Shown here: in pieces, positions 1 through 10,502 of the stretch
Numbering within the stretch: position 1 is the stretch's first letter
How the letters are laid out: each line of letters starts with the position of its first letter
Virus record (IMG/VR): IMGVR_UViG_2721755662_000004
DNA from: a virus
Taxonomy: Duplodnaviria; Heunggongvirae; Uroviricota; Caudoviricetes
DNA length: 64,000 nucleotides
Direction: 5' to 3' (one strand)
Notes under the pieces: model-generated
Seen by the model: the letters and a program-made list of their open reading frames with translations, nothing else
What the model was told of the DNA's origin: nothing
Database searches by the model: none
Made by a program: the position numbers and the translations under genes

Positions 1-1164
1 TTATGCTTTCTTTGCATCCTCAAAAACCTCAGGGTGGGACAAATTTGGGACATCGTCACCCAATATGTCGTCAATTTTCCTCGCGTGCTCTGTCAAATGA
101 TTAGGTGCAAGGTGTGCGTACCTACGCACCATTTCGATAGACTCCCAGCCGCCCATTTCCTGAAGTACTGACAGTGGTACACCTGACTGAATTAACCAAC
201 TGGCCCAGGTATGGCGGAGGTCATGAAAACGGAAATTTTCAATTCCTGCCCGACGACATGCTGTTAACCACGATGTGTTATAGTCCAGGCGCATCTTTCT
301 GATGCTTGGTGTCATTGTCCCGTCAGGCCTTCTGGCAGCAGTGGTATAAACAAACACCCAGCGGTGATGTTTGCCTATTTGATCACGCAACACCTTGCAG
401 GCAGTGTCATTCAGTGCGACCCCAATAGCGCGGTTTGACTTACTGTCTTCAGGGTTTACCCAGGCAACACGTCGCTGCATATCGATTTGTTGCCACTCCA
501 GATTAATAATGTTTGATCTCCTCAGGCCAGTTGCCAGTGCAAATTTAACTACAGATTTCAGGGGATCAGAACATGCATCAATGAGTCTCCTGGCTTCTTC
601 TTTTTCCAGCCATCTCACGCGTTTGTTTTTTACGGCAGGTATTTTGATTACAGGTGCTTTTTCAAGCCATTTCCAGTCTCGCTCTGCGGCGCGCAGAATA
701 GCCTTGATCATTGCCAGGTGTGTTGCTTTTGTTTGCGTGCTCACCGATTTAGGTATATAGGCTGGTGGTTCTTTCCCTTTTCTTAATGCAGCCTCCACCT
801 GCAACTTCCATCTCTCCTTTGTTTTTCGGTTATACGCTTTGCTGATAACTGAGTAGATCATTGCCTCCGATATATCCTTAATCCTTATTCCCTCGAAATG
901 CTCAATCCAGAATGCGATTCTGGATTTATCGGAATCGATGGATTTCTTGTCGGCTTTTTCCTCAAGCCATCTCAGGCAGGCTTCTTCGAAAGTGACATCT
1001 GGCATATCCCCCAGTCTGTCTACTCGCCAGAGTTCTGCTTTTCGCTTGTCGTGCAACTCCTGAGCTTGCCGCTTGTCCTTTGTGCCAAGAGACTCCTTAA
1101 TTCGCTTCCCGCCCGGGAGCGAGTACGAGGCGTACCATATTTCACCTCTGCGGAAGAGTGACAT
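1..1164 (-). CDS. int: Tyrosine recombinase / phage integrase
   Basis: 387 aa; C-terminal catalytic region with [10 protein letters not shown] and RRYAHL motifs; sits at the prophage edge. Confidence 0.9.
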   Translation of the reverse strand: MSLFRRGEIWYASYSLPGGKRIKESLGTKDKRQAQELHDKRKAELWRVDRLGDMPDVTFEEACLRWLEEKADKKSIDSDKSRIAFWIEHFEGIRIKDISEAMIYSVISKAYNRKTKERWKLQVEAALRKGKEPPAYIPKSVSTQTKATHLAMIKAILRAAERDWKWLEKAPVIKIPAVKNKRVRWLEKEEARRLIDACSDPLKSVVKFALATGLRRSNIINLEWQQIDMQRRVAWVNPEDSKSNRAIGVALNDTACKVLRDQIGKHHRWVFVYTTAARRPDGTMTPSIRKMRLDYNTSWLTACRRAGIENFRFHDLRHTWASWLIQSGVPLSVLQEMGGWESIEMVRRYAHLAPNHLTEHARKIDDILGDDVPNLSHPEVFEDAKKA

Positions 1165-1391
1165 TTTCTTTCCTCTGTTATGCCATCACCCGCGCTCACC
1201 TGGACAGTATGCAGCGGTGAATGAAGTGCTGCAATGCAGGCTTGCCGGGTTGTGAGATAAGGTGATCTTTTACCGGAAGAATTTTTTCGGGTTGCCTGTA
1301 GTCGGCCCGTTCGTATCCAGTTAACAGCTGTTGGCCTTGATATCTTGAGAAACTTACAGGCCTCTTTGAGGGTGATACTGTGTGAATCCAT
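1020..1391 (-). CDS. xis: Putative excisionase (Xis/AlpA-like HTH)
   Basis: Internal Met of ORF 1020..1484; [24 protein letters not shown] resembles excisionase HTH; overlaps the int start as in lambda. Start and length uncertain. Confidence 0.45.
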   Translation of the reverse strand: MDSHSITLKEACKFLKISRPTAVNWIRTGRLQATRKNSSGKRSPYLTTRQACIAALHSPLHTVQVSAGDGITEERKCHSSAEVKYGTPRTRSRAGSELRSLLAQRTSGKLRSCTTSEKQNSGE

Positions 1392-1425
1392 ATTTTCGCC
1401 ATTAAAAACCGCCCGAAGGCGGTTG

Positions 1426-1677
1426 TCAGTTGATTGATATGCGGCGCATTTTTCGAAGGCTGGCAATATGCTTTTCCTTCTCAATTTCTGCTTTAATCAT
1501 GTGTAGTTCGTTGTGATCGATTCGCTCAAATTCTGCATTAAATGCGCTAATTGAAGCGGCTCTGGTTCTCCCATCCAGCCTGCGGAAGATTACCTGCGTC
1601 AGAGTGATTTTGCAGACTTCAACCGGATAGTTGTTGGCATCGACGAAAGACTGCCCGCGCTGGATTAGAACGAACAC
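1426..1677 (-). CDS. Hypothetical protein
   Basis: 83-aa ORF between xis and exo; no recognisable motif. Confidence 0.3.
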   Translation of the reverse strand: MFVLIQRGQSFVDANNYPVEVCKITLTQVIFRRLDGRTRAASISAFNAEFERIDHNELHMIKAEIEKEKHIASLRKMRRISIN

Positions 1678-1728
1678 CGGTAGTATTCCTTAATTGTCAT
1701 ATCATTTGCACCTCGTTGCTACTGGCTA

Positions 1729-2406
1729 TCACCATTGCTCCCCAAATACAAAACCAATTTCAGCCAGTGCCTCGTCCATTTTTTCGATGAACTCCGGCAC
1801 CATCTCGTCAAAACTCGCCATGTACTTTTCATTCCGCTCAATCACGACATAATGCAGGCCTTCACGCTTCATGCGCGGGTCATAGTTGGCAAAGTACCAG
1901 GCATCTTTTCGCGTCACCCACATGCTGTACTGCACCTGGGCCATGTAAGCCGATTTTATTGCCTCGAAACCACCGAGCCGGAATTTCATGAAATCCCGGG
2001 AGGTAAACGGGCATTTCAGTTCAAGGCCGTTGCCGTCACTGCATAAACCATCGGGAGAGCAAGCGGTGCGCATACTTTCGTCGCGATAGATGATCGGGGA
2101 TTCAGTAACATTCACGCCGGAAGTGAACTCAAAGAGGGCTCTGGCGTCGTTCTCGTACTGTTTTCCCCAGGCCAGCGCTTTAGCGTTAACTTCCGGAGCC
2201 ACACCGGTGCAAACCTCAGCCAGCAGGGTGTGGAAGTAGGACATTTTCATGTCAGGCCATTTCTTTCCTGAGCGGGGTTTTGCTATCACGTTGTGAACTT
2301 CTGAAGCGGTGATGACGCCGAGCCGTAATTTGTGCCACGCATCATCCCCCTGTTCGACAGCTCTCACGTCGATCCCTGTACGTTGCAGGATAATGTCCGG
2401 TGTCAT
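1729..2406 (-). CDS. exo: Lambda-type 5'-3' exonuclease (Red alpha)
   Basis: 225 aa, near-identical to my recollection of lambda Exo ([40 protein letters not shown]...). Confidence 0.95.
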   Translation of the reverse strand: MTPDIILQRTGIDVRAVEQGDDAWHKLRLGVITASEVHNVIAKPRSGKKWPDMKMSYFHTLLAEVCTGVAPEVNAKALAWGKQYENDARALFEFTSGVNVTESPIIYRDESMRTACSPDGLCSDGNGLELKCPFTSRDFMKFRLGGFEAIKSAYMAQVQYSMWVTRKDAWYFANYDPRMKREGLHYVVIERNEKYMASFDEMVPEFIEKMDEALAEIGFVFGEQW

Positions 2407-3188
2407 GCTGCTACCTTCTGCTCTGTGACTTTCTGTTTCAGGAATCCAAGAACCTTCACAGCTTCAGCCTGTGTTAGTTCTGAAGATGTGTAAATGTTGC
2501 GGCGAAAAATCTGGGAACAGAGCGGCAACAGGTCGTCATCCCACGTTTTTTCCATGGAAGTAAGAAGGGCGTTAATTTCCGACATGGTTTCTTCGTTAAC
2601 CGGGGTGATGTCGCGTTCCGGCTGACGTTCTGTAGTATATGCAGTATTTTCGACAATACGCTCGGCTTCATCCTTGTCATAGATGCCAGCAAATCCGAAG
2701 GCCAGGCGAGCACACTGAATCATGGCTTTGTGCCGTAACATCCGTTTGGGATGCGACTGCCACGGTCCGGTGATTTCTCTGCCTTCGCGGGTTTTGAATG
2801 GTGCGCGGCGACATTCATCCATCCACTCGGTAACGCAGATCGGGTGATTGCGATCTTTGCGGTAAATCCGGCATGTACAGGACTCATTGTCCTGCTCAAA
2901 GTCCATGCCATCAAACTGCTGGTTTTCATTGATAATGCGGGACCAGCCATCAACGCCAACCACCGGAACGATGCCGTTCTGCTTGTCAGGGAAGGCGTAA
3001 ATTTCTTTCGTCCAGGGATTAAGGCCGTACTGGTTGGCGACGATCAACAATGCGATAAATTGCGCATCGCTGGCATCACCTTTAAATGCCGTCTGGCGAA
3101 GAGTGGTGATTAGTTCCTGTGGGTCGACAGAATCCATGCCGACACGTTCAGCCAGCTTCCCTGCCAGCGTTGCGAGTGCTGTACTCAT
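2403..3188 (-). CDS. bet: Single-strand annealing protein Bet (Red beta)
   Basis: 261 aa, matches lambda Bet over its length; start overlaps exo. Confidence 0.95.
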   Translation of the reverse strand: MSTALATLAGKLAERVGMDSVDPQELITTLRQTAFKGDASDAQFIALLIVANQYGLNPWTKEIYAFPDKQNGIVPVVGVDGWSRIINENQQFDGMDFEQDNESCTCRIYRKDRNHPICVTEWMDECRRAPFKTREGREITGPWQSHPKRMLRHKAMIQCARLAFGFAGIYDKDEAERIVENTAYTTERQPERDITPVNEETMSEINALLTSMEKTWDDDLLPLCSQIFRRNIYTSSELTQAEAVKVLGFLKQKVTEQKVAA

Positions 3189-3193
3189 CCGTT

Positions 3194-3490
3194 TTATACC
3201 TCTGAATCAATATTAATTTGGTGACGGGCGATGGTTTCAGCCATGTAGCGGATGTGTTCTGCCATGCGTTCCTGAAAATCGACATCGTCATCAAATGCAC
3301 GGGAAATAGCTTTTTTGCTGGCCCCGTGACGTTGCAGATTATCGATGCATAGCGATTCAAACAGGTGTTGGGGCAGACCTTTTTCCAGGTCGTCTGCCAG
3401 CTCAGCTTCAGTTTCTTCACGGGCAATTTGCTGGTAGTGTCGTGCCCATGACTGCTCTTCAATGCGATCGGGGATAAGCCAGGCATTCAT
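3194..3490 (-). CDS. gam: Gam, RecBCD inhibitor (short GamS form)
   Basis: 98 aa matching the C-terminal 98 residues of lambda Gam (SWARHYQQ...[12 protein letters not shown]...). Confidence 0.9.
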   Translation of the reverse strand: MNAWLIPDRIEEQSWARHYQQIAREETEAELADDLEKGLPQHLFESLCIDNLQRHGASKKAISRAFDDDVDFQERMAEHIRYMAETIARHQINIDSEV

Positions 3491-5559
3491 GATTTATCAC
3501 CTTCGAAATTTTCAAGCCTGTTGGCAATCATGATGGCGATATCAGGGATTGCTGGCGCTGTGGCTATACATGCGGGGTTGGCGCACAAACCATAGACGGC
3601 GGCAATCACGAGCTGTCTTTTCCAGTCGAGAGTTACTGGCTCAGAATTGGCGTCATCGCCGGACGTATCACTGCCTGGCTCGTTCTGAACAACGGTTTCG
3701 CCCTCCTGAGCGGCATCAACAGAGTTTTCCTGAATGATCTTCTCCTCAGTTTGTGCTGAGTCTTCTCCATCAGCGGCGTCATTTTCTCCAAAAGTTTCAG
3801 CGTAAGTTTCATCTCCCATTACTGGACCACAGTCAGGGCAATGGCCGCCACCGTTCTGACTGCATGTGGTGCAAACCTTTTCCACTTCCTGTTGCATTAC
3901 TGGCCCTGGCTGTTGCTCTTCTGGCCCGTTTTGTTGCGTATCCGGGCTGTTTTGTCCCGCTTCTGGGGCAATTTGTTCCACTTTGGGCTGATTCTGGTCC
4001 TCAGTGTCGCGAGTCTGGATCCCCTTCACCCACTTCGGATCAGCAGGGTTACTGATGCCTTCAACGAATTCTCCACGCGAGGCAGCCAGTAATTTGTCGG
4101 CATCGACTGGATTTTTTGGGGGGATGTTTTCCCTGGCTTTATTGAGTTCCTCCCTCAGTTCCTGGTATTTCGTTTCTACAGATGAGACATTTTCCAGTGA
4201 TTGCGTGTCCTCATTATGTTTAACTGGAATTTCTTCCACTGATTCAGGCGCTGCCTGTTCATTAGCCATTGTGTCCGATGTTTGTTGCTTTTCTTCATCG
4301 CCATGTTTTCCTTCTGCTGTTCCGCGCTGCGGCATCGGTGCTGATGAGCGACCGCAGGCAATTTCCACGATTTCCGGATCCGGGTTAGCGTGATCGGTTT
4401 CGGTCAACACTTTGTTGAGATATTCAGTCACGCGTGCCGGGATGGCCTCAATGCCGATTGGTGCTTCTTTCACGGAAGCCACCACAATGGCGCGGGAATA
4501 ATCCAGCCCACCGGGCATGGCGATAAATTTGTCGCGAAAAACAGAAAAGGGCGGCTTATTCTCTGACACGATTTCTTCAACGCGTTTTGCGTGTGCTGGG
4601 TGCAGGTTATAAATATCCACATCCATTGAACGGGCCAGAACGCCGGTGGCTACATCTCGTGCGAGTGATGTCTTATCATGTTTGAATCCTTCACCACGAT
4701 CGGTAATATTTCCGCCGCCAGCGTTAGCACCGGAAGGCGTACGGGTAATGCCTGAAACATAATTTCCGTTCTGCCATTCTTTTGTCAGCAGGCCCTGATC
4801 AAGGTAGTCAGTTTTCATCCAGGTGGAAATGAACTTGTCGAATTCAGCCGGGCTGATGCGATGATTTGCAGAGTGGGGGAATGCTTTCCCTACAGATTCA
4901 GCCAGGCGACTAAGGTGATAGTTCGTCAGTTTATCCAGTTCATGATGCGCGGCGCGCACAGCAGTAAGCAGGCTCTGAAGGTAACTGTCCTCTGTGTCCA
5001 TCTCCATACGGATCACGTTATTGCGTTGTTCTGGTGTGGCATGATGCCGGTATTTTCCATCTTCATCTTTGCTGAATAAGAAGAGGTGAAGGAAGCGATG
5101 AGTAAGGCTCAGAGTGGCGACGGGAATTTCACACTCAGAACAGTCATCGTCGCTGTCCGGGGATTCGCTTTTCTCCACATCATCCGGAATAGTTCCGTCC
5201 AGGTTATCGTTGTCATCGCCAGCAGTTGTGGCATCTTCACCGTTGATGTTGTCATCGAAGGGGATAGCCATCATGGTGATGCCATCGTTACCGCCTTTTT
5301 CATAGCGGTTGCAGAATTCAGTATCAAACACGCCTTCCGGTGGAAGGTCATTCACGACGGGGAAATTTACGCGAACGGGTTTTTTGAAATCATCCTCGTC
5401 GTAGCCTGCATCGTCCATGGCTGCAATGCAGCGGGAAACTGCGACAGAAAGTTTTCTGGCCTCGGTCCAGAAAAAACCGCCTTTGATGCCAAGGCGTTTT
5501 CTGACTTTATCGTTTTTTGCTTCGCAGTGTAGTGCAAAAGTCTGTTTATCAGCGCTCAT
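3487..5559 (-). CDS. Large acidic hypothetical protein
   Basis: 690-aa ORF with D/E-rich low-complexity stretches and a Cys cluster ([16 protein letters not shown]); stop overlaps the gam start. Confidence 0.6.
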   Translation of the reverse strand: MSADKQTFALHCEAKNDKVRKRLGIKGGFFWTEARKLSVAVSRCIAAMDDAGYDEDDFKKPVRVNFPVVNDLPPEGVFDTEFCNRYEKGGNDGITMMAIPFDDNINGEDATTAGDDNDNLDGTIPDDVEKSESPDSDDDCSECEIPVATLSLTHRFLHLFLFSKDEDGKYRHHATPEQRNNVIRMEMDTEDSYLQSLLTAVRAAHHELDKLTNYHLSRLAESVGKAFPHSANHRISPAEFDKFISTWMKTDYLDQGLLTKEWQNGNYVSGITRTPSGANAGGGNITDRGEGFKHDKTSLARDVATGVLARSMDVDIYNLHPAHAKRVEEIVSENKPPFSVFRDKFIAMPGGLDYSRAIVVASVKEAPIGIEAIPARVTEYLNKVLTETDHANPDPEIVEIACGRSSAPMPQRGTAEGKHGDEEKQQTSDTMANEQAAPESVEEIPVKHNEDTQSLENVSSVETKYQELREELNKARENIPPKNPVDADKLLAASRGEFVEGISNPADPKWVKGIQTRDTEDQNQPKVEQIAPEAGQNSPDTQQNGPEEQQPGPVMQQEVEKVCTTCSQNGGGHCPDCGPVMGDETYAETFGENDAADGEDSAQTEEKIIQENSVDAAQEGETVVQNEPGSDTSGDDANSEPVTLDWKRQLVIAAVYGLCANPACIATAPAIPDIAIMIANRLENFEGDKS

Positions 5560-5666
5560 TGTATTTAAACCTCTGGCTGGATTAGAATTAGCGACCCTTT
5601 GTCTGATTTCTCCGAATACGGTGACGCAGGGAGAAATCCGGTAGCCTGCGCTGCCGGATTTTTATT

Positions 5667-6053
5667 TCAGTGGAAGGTTGCCTGGTTTGCTGTTTTGTGA
5701 GTTGTTTTTCCCTTTTCGTGCTGGCATTCAGGGCAGTCGCACTCAGAATTTTCTCTTGCAAACTCAAGAGCCTGTGCAAGTGTATGGATTTGTTGTACTC
5801 CAATGTTGCTTCTGACAACTTCACGTGCAGCATGAATATATGGGCTTGGTGTTTTGCCATTTAACCCACATAAAACAAAACGACTGTCCTTATATTCGTT
5901 ATTTCCAACTTCTGTAAGCACTGAAAAAGAAAATACAAAGTCGATTTTGTATTCTTTGCATATTTTACTGATGCGTTCTGCAATTTCTTTGAGTTCATTT
6001 ATTGCATCAGGACTGGTTTTGGAAAATATTTCATTTTGCGCAAGTTCTTTCAT
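5667..6053 (-). CDS. Hypothetical protein in AT-rich segment
   Basis: 128 aa; C-terminal Cys/His cluster (ECDCPECQHE); local AT-richness suggests acquired DNA. Confidence 0.4.
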   Translation of the reverse strand: MKELAQNEIFSKTSPDAINELKEIAERISKICKEYKIDFVFSFSVLTEVGNNEYKDSRFVLCGLNGKTPSPYIHAAREVVRSNIGVQQIHTLAQALEFARENSECDCPECQHEKGKTTHKTANQATFH

Positions 6054-6136
6054 TTTGATTTTTCCGTGATTGATAATTAATGCGGTTTTATTTCGGCTTG
6101 TCTGTTACAGATATGGAAGGTGTATTTTATTACTCG

Positions 6137-6376
6137 TCACAACGACGCTGCTTTTACGGGTAAGCCATCGCGCCCGATGAAAACTTTAATCATGCAGTCG
6201 GTAATGCATGTTTTTGTTGTGAAGTTACGAATATAGAGTTTTCTCTTTTCAATATTGTTTGCTGAAGCGATATATGTCCGACCTTCATGAAGAACATAAT
6301 CGCCAGGCGTCACGCACTGACGTGGTATTTCATCAGTTCCGAAGTGATGAGCAATCATAATTATCTCCATTTTCAC
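6137..6376 (-). CDS. Hypothetical protein in AT-rich segment
   Basis: 79-aa ORF. Confidence 0.35.
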   Translation of the reverse strand: MKMEIIMIAHHFGTDEIPRQCVTPGDYVLHEGRTYIASANNIEKRKLYIRNFTTKTCITDCMIKVFIGRDGLPVKAASL

Positions 6377-6814
6377 AAATGAACTTTGTTGATGCGGTGC
6401 CTGGTGCCTCCAGGTGACGTTAACCAGTTAACAACTAACGCCGGGTCAGGGGACGATGACTTTCCGTGACATCCTGTCGGTTTAACTGTTCCGCGTGCGC
6501 ATAGCCGCATTCACCGCATCACAAAATTCACTTTAAAAAGGGCGGACATCAGCAATCGGCAAACCGATATCCGCCAAGGGTTACACACAGCAATGTTGTT
6601 ATTCACAACCGGAAGCGCACGGTCGAAGAAATCTAACGACAATCCTTCTATGGGAAAGAGTCTTCGCCTCGCGCTTTCGTGTAGTACCCTGGCTTTCAGG
6701 GTAATGTCTGTTCAGTAAACTGAGAGTGCAGGAACTCACCCGTGTCCGGCGCACGATCTCCACCTCACCCGTGGAGAACTCCTCAACTACAAACCCCGTA
6801 AGGAGAGTGAATTT

Positions 6815-7024
6815 ATGACACAAGAAGAAAAAGTGATGTTTCTGATGCGGCTGGCTGTCGATACTTACAACACACAATTTACGGAGAAAGATATACCTCA
6901 AAAGGCAGTTCCTGCCGCGGTAGATAAGGGCGGTGCTATTGCCGTATTTTACGATGCATTTGAATCATTTTTTAATGAAAAACTCGACGCTGTTAGCGAC
7001 TTCGGAACATCGAGTAATAAATAA
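6815..7024 (+). CDS. Hypothetical protein, opposite orientation to the surrounding operon
   Basis: 69 aa; consensus Shine-Dalgarno (AAGGAG) 7 nt before the ATG; 3' end overlaps the convergent ORF 6993..7373. Confidence 0.45.
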   Translation: MTQEEKVMFLMRLAVDTYNTQFTEKDIPQKAVPAAVDKGGAIAVFYDAFESFFNEKLDAVSDFGTSSNK

Positions 7025-7373
7025 CGTTCATTACGGTTCTTAAACAACAATCAGTGGGCTTGATGTTGTTCTTTTCAAGCTCACTTGCCATCACTTCCAT
7101 TATTCTTGCACTTACACGAATTATTTGGTGGCTGTAAGCGACGCAACTGTCGCTGATATTGCTGTTTATTTCTATTACTTCATTTTCACTGGCGGCGCTA
7201 AATTTGGATATGCCGTTTCCATTGTCCTGTTTCAGTGCTGTTTCCGCTATCCGGATGCGTTCCTGCGTTGCGGAATTTGGGCTAAGTCGATAAACCTGTC
7301 TGGCATCTTCCAGAAGCAGGGCGATAATGTGCTTCAGTTCTGTTTCATTCATAGTTAACTCCGGTAGTTGCAA
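6993..7373 (-). CDS. Hypothetical protein
   Basis: 126-aa ORF; likely start at the internal Met (MNETELKH..., about 7352). Confidence 0.4.
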   Translation of the reverse strand: MQLPELTMNETELKHIIALLLEDARQVYRLSPNSATQERIRIAETALKQDNGNGISKFSAASENEVIEINSNISDSCVAYSHQIIRVSARIMEVMASELEKNNIKPTDCCLRTVMNVIYYSMFRSR

Positions 7374-7383
7374 TTTATTAATA

Positions 7384-7569
7384 TCAGGCGGTCAGCTCTT
7401 TAAGCTTCTGAACTGCTTTATTCATTTCATCCATACAGTCGATGAATTCGTCCAGTTTAAGCTGCATTTTTCCGGCGGCCTGAAGAATTTCAAGTTTTAA
7501 GGGCGCAAGTTTTTTGTTGTAATCGACGCAGGTTATTAACTCGCGGCCAGTAATATTTTGGCTTGGCAC
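7384..7569 (-). CDS. Hypothetical small protein
   Basis: 61-aa ORF; overlaps the next ORF in another frame, so one of the two may be shorter. Confidence 0.3.
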   Translation of the reverse strand: MPSQNITGRELITCVDYNKKLAPLKLEILQAAGKMQLKLDEFIDCMDEMNKAVQKLKELTA

Positions 7570-7774
7570 GAGATCCGGGTCTTGAACCTACACAAACTAT
7601 ATAGCTCTCTTCTTTCCTCGGAAGGCCAGGTGCATCTAGCAGACGGCCTAGTTCGAATTTTTTTACGTTGACACCAGGAGGAATCACCTCGACGATAAAC
7701 CCGATTTTTACCTTCGTTACACCGTTTGATGAGCTTGACCATTTAACTTCATCGTTCAATTTGAACTTCATCAT
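7490..7774 (-). CDS. Hypothetical protein immediately downstream of N
   Basis: Starts MMKFKLNDEVKW directly after the N stop. Confidence 0.4.
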   Translation of the reverse strand: MMKFKLNDEVKWSSSSNGVTKVKIGFIVEVIPPGVNVKKFELGRLLDAPGLPRKEESYIVCVGSRPGSRAKPKYYWPRVNNLRRLQQKTCALKT

Positions 7775-7779
7775 TAACC

Positions 7780-8085
7780 TCAATCGTAATAAGCCGGAAT
7801 TGATTTTCCGCGTTGTTTCTGGCGGCCTGAGCAAGTCACACCCATTTCACTGCGTGGTTTGCGGTAGTAAATACGGTTCTGTTTACTCTCGACTTCTTCT
7901 GCCTTCTTGCAGCGAAGGCTTCCGAGTGATACTGCTTTGTCTGCTCCGACGCAACCAGAGATCTTTAGCGCAATCTTCCGTGTCAGTCTTTCACTACTGC
8001 GCCGCTCTGCAATAAGTTCTTCCCTGCGAGCTTTATAGCGGCTTTTTGCCGTACCTTTGGATTCTTTCCAGATTATGGTTACCAT
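7780..8085 (-). CDS. N: Antitermination protein N
   Basis: 101 aa from the internal Met with AAGGAG upstream; N-terminal arginine-rich motif (KGTAKSRYKARREELIAERR); C-terminus ...VTCSGRQKQRGKSIP aligns with lambda N (...ITCSGRQKIKGKSIP). Confidence 0.8.
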   Translation of the reverse strand: MVTIIWKESKGTAKSRYKARREELIAERRSSERLTRKIALKISGCVGADKAVSLGSLRCKKAEEVESKQNRIYYRKPRSEMGVTCSGRQKQRGKSIPAYYD

Positions 8086-8279
8086 GATGGTCTCCTTTAA
8101 GTGGCTTTGGTGTATGACGCGTCGAGGTGTTTTTCTTCTCGATCGCGGCCTTGCAACTGAAATTCGCGTCATCCCCAAAACCACTTAGATTTTGGTCTCA
8201 ACGGTTAGGTTGAGAGTCCATCAATGTTAAAGAGCCGGCCAATCTGTTCCGTTTGGCTTCCAGCGTCCTGCTGTTGAAT

Positions 8280-8370
8280 TGAAGATAACCTAAGTTATCT
8301 GGTTGTGCAATAACTATATTTATCATTTTATGAAAAACGTTATAAATGACTGATAACAAAAATATTTTAT
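8280..8370. promoter_or_regulatory. Putative OL/PL operator-promoter region
   Basis: Palindrome GATAACCTAAGTTATC (8284-8299) and further ATAAC/GTTAT half-sites matching those between cI and cro. Confidence 0.5.
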
Positions 8371-8418
8371 TTTTTGTGGTATCCGCGTGATATTTTCAAG
8401 GGGGAAAGGCTGATTGTT

Positions 8419-8640
8419 ATGGGTGATTGCATGTTAATCGAAGGGGAATTTGGTGTGTTGCACCAGCGGGTAGTCGAAATTCTAGGGGTGTCGTTGCTTG
8501 AGGTTATTGCTACTGGGGAAGCTATTTCAGCAGATGCTATTGCGGGAATGATCCGAGTGCTTCACCATGATGAATTGGATGATCTCGCTGTGAAGTTAGC
8601 TATAGATGTGTTACTTCAGGATATGCGACTGTGTAATTAA
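8419..8640 (+). CDS. Small hypothetical protein in the immunity region, opposite strand to cI
   Basis: 73 aa from the ATG at 8419, preceded by a G-rich SD (AGGGGGAAAGG); occupies the slot where lambda has rexAB. Confidence 0.4.
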   Translation: MGDCMLIEGEFGVLHQRVVEILGVSLLEVIATGEAISADAIAGMIRVLHHDELDDLAVKLAIDVLLQDMRLCN

Positions 8641-8668
8641 GTAAATAAAACCCGGCACTGGAGCCGGG
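8641..8668 (-). terminator. Intrinsic terminator downstream of cI
   Basis: Stem CCCGGC / GCCGGG followed on the minus strand by a T-run (TTTTATTT). Confidence 0.55.
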
Positions 8669-8793
8669 GGGATTTAGAAATGGCATTTTATGAATTGGCT
8701 ACTTGGCGAATGGTTTACCATCGGTGGTATTGAGCACAATAAAAGGCCGTTCTTCGTGAGTGTTCTTATAGCAAAAGTTCAGTTGGAGTCTGA

Positions 8794-9501
8794 TTACCAG
8801 CTATGTGATGACCAGAACACTCGCCCTATGATTCTTACGTTTTTGTAGAATTCTTCTCTGTTCATTACTTCATCAGGATACTCTTCGCGGTTTATCGATC
8901 TGATAATTACCGATGTTGGCGTGGCTATGAGCGTTTTTACCCTTAACAAATCAGCTTGGCAAATTGCATATGTTTTACCATCCCTGATGCTCGTATCTTG
9001 CGTGTTTACCCCCACCACATCACCATCATGGAGTGTTGGCTCCATGCTTTGCCCAACAACCCTGACCAACTTTGCCGCTTTTTCTGGAACTCCCATTTTT
9101 TTCAGGTAATAGCGCCTAAAAACTAGAGAGAATTCTGCGGACTCCTCCAATGCACAACTTCCTCCGCCAGCTGAAAGTGAAATATTTAGAAGGGGGAGCG
9201 CAACAAATTCTTCATTATCATTTTGATGATCATCCCAGGCGATAGCTTTTAAAGATGATTCCCGAGCATTAGATGGCTCTTCTGCGCTCTGTGGTCTCAT
9301 TGACCCTATACCAGAGCTTAGCCATTCAGGGCGAACTCTTAACGCGTTGGCTAATTCGACCATTTTACGTGATCCGGTTGTTTTACCAGATGACATCTTT
9401 TGTATGGCTGGTTGTGATACCCCCACCATGTCTGCAAGTTGTGCTTGTGACAACCCGGCTGAACTCATGGCGGCATTTAGTCTTTCTGCGAATGTTTTCA
9501 T
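8794..9501 (-). CDS. cI: CI-type repressor (HTH plus S24 LexA-like autopeptidase domain)
   Basis: 235 aa; N-terminal HTH (LSQAQLADMVGVSQPAIQKM); C-terminal GQSMEPT...DGD peptidase signature. Confidence 0.9.
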   Translation of the reverse strand: MKTFAERLNAAMSSAGLSQAQLADMVGVSQPAIQKMSSGKTTGSRKMVELANALRVRPEWLSSGIGSMRPQSAEEPSNARESSLKAIAWDDHQNDNEEFVALPLLNISLSAGGGSCALEESAEFSLVFRRYYLKKMGVPEKAAKLVRVVGQSMEPTLHDGDVVGVNTQDTSIRDGKTYAICQADLLRVKTLIATPTSVIIRSINREEYPDEVMNREEFYKNVRIIGRVFWSSHSW

Positions 9502-9611
9502 ACCTGTAATCTATAACCACGGTTATCAAAAGTAAAACAACAATTGTTATTGCCCTGGTGTATAACTCATGTTATTTTTGGTTATGCTTTATTTGCTGTA
9601 GAGGTATGCTC
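9502..9611. promoter_or_regulatory. Putative OR operators with divergent PRM/PR
   Basis: Palindromes ATAACCACGGTTAT (9514-9527) and TATAACTCATGTTAT (9561-9575) between divergent cI and cro. Confidence 0.6.
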
Positions 9612-9836
9612 ATGAATTTAGTGATTCAGCGAGCCTTGAATATTGTTGGCAGTCAAAAACGACTTGCAGCTGATTGCGGCGTATCACAGCCCGCTGTTCA
9701 TAAATGGTTGCGAGGCGGAAAAGTTTCTCCTGAAAAAGTTTTCGCTATCGTTAATGCCACCAATGGTCAGGTTAAGGCTTACGAAATTCGCCCGGACTTA
9801 CCGCACCTGTTTCCTCATCCGAACCAGGCTGAATAA
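9612..9836 (+). CDS. cro: Cro-like HTH regulator
   Basis: 74 aa from the ATG at 9612 with GAGG SD; HTH (LAADCGVSQPAVHKWLRG); divergent from cI. Confidence 0.75.
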   Translation: MNLVIQRALNIVGSQKRLAADCGVSQPAVHKWLRGGKVSPEKVFAIVNATNGQVKAYEIRPDLPHLFPHPNQAE

Positions 9837-9952
9837 GTAACACCGCTCTTTAACATTGCTGGTCGTTCACCTCTAACAGGGTGAGCAAACATCAGTGGCA
9901 AACCCATTGGGGATTGCCGCTTAACCCCATATCAATATAGGAAAATTAACAA

Positions 9953-10249
9953 ATGTCACAAACAAGTTACAGCAAACTGTCACAGCGCGATATCGATCGC
10001 GCTGAAACGGATTTACTTATCAACCTGTCAGCTCTGACGCAAAGGGGACTGGCGAAGATGATTGGCTGCCATGAATCGAAGGTCAGTCGTACCGACTGGC
10101 GATACATCGCGGCGATTTTATGCGCGTTCCAGATGGCATCTGATATCAGTCCGATCAGCCGGGCTTTCCAGCATGCCATTAACGTTCATGCAAATAAAAA
10201 ACGTCCGGTTGGGGCCGGACGTTCTGAGCAAATCCTGATGAACATCTGA
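9953..10249 (+). CDS. cII: CII transcriptional activator
   Basis: 98 aa; C-terminus NKKRPVGAGRSEQILMNI matches lambda CII (NKKRPAATERSEQIQMEF). Confidence 0.85.
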   Translation: MSQTSYSKLSQRDIDRAETDLLINLSALTQRGLAKMIGCHESKVSRTDWRYIAAILCAFQMASDISPISRAFQHAINVHANKKRPVGAGRSEQILMNI

Positions 10250-10323
10250 TATTCAGGCAGGGCATGGAGCAATACACGGGAATAATTCTGCCACATCTGG
10301 AAGAATTTCGCCAGCAACAACAC

Positions 10324-10470
10324 CAACCGCAGCAGCCTGAAGCCGATTGGGTTAACCCGGAGATACCGGGACCGTCTGTGAAGATGTGCAGTCACACCAA
10401 TGTGCAGTCACACCAACCGCAGCAGCCTGAAGCCGATTGGGTTAACCCGGGAGATACCGGGACCGTCTGC
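10324..10470. repeat. Two direct copies of a 57-bp unit plus a 15-bp tandem repeat upstream of the replication gene
   Basis: CAACCGCAGCAGCCTGAAGCCGATTGGGTTAACCCGG... at 10324-10380 and 10414-10470, with a third, interrupted copy at 11163-11243 inside the O-like gene; GTGCAGTCACACCAA x2 at 10383-10416. Confidence 0.8.
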
Positions 10471-10502
10471 GGTATGGAGTAAATCTTGTATGCGAGGGGA
10501 CT

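Noticed and set aside
6377-6814. Possible retron msr/msd or other reverse-transcriptase-associated RNA
   Set aside because: No reverse transcriptase gene is present anywhere in the window; kept only as an unexplained structured non-coding segment.
7560-7660. tRNA-like motif (GGTTCAAGACCC on the minus strand)
   Set aside because: The T-stem halves are not complementary, no acceptor stem or CCA context fits, and the segment lies inside a protein-coding frame.
8086-8280. nutL boxA/boxB
   Set aside because: I could not find a convincing boxA consensus or boxB hairpin by eye in the N leader, so no coordinates are given.
10264-10482. 72-aa ORF between cII and the replication gene
   Set aside because: It is made almost entirely of the 57-bp and 15-bp direct repeats, so it is more likely origin or duplication sequence than a gene.
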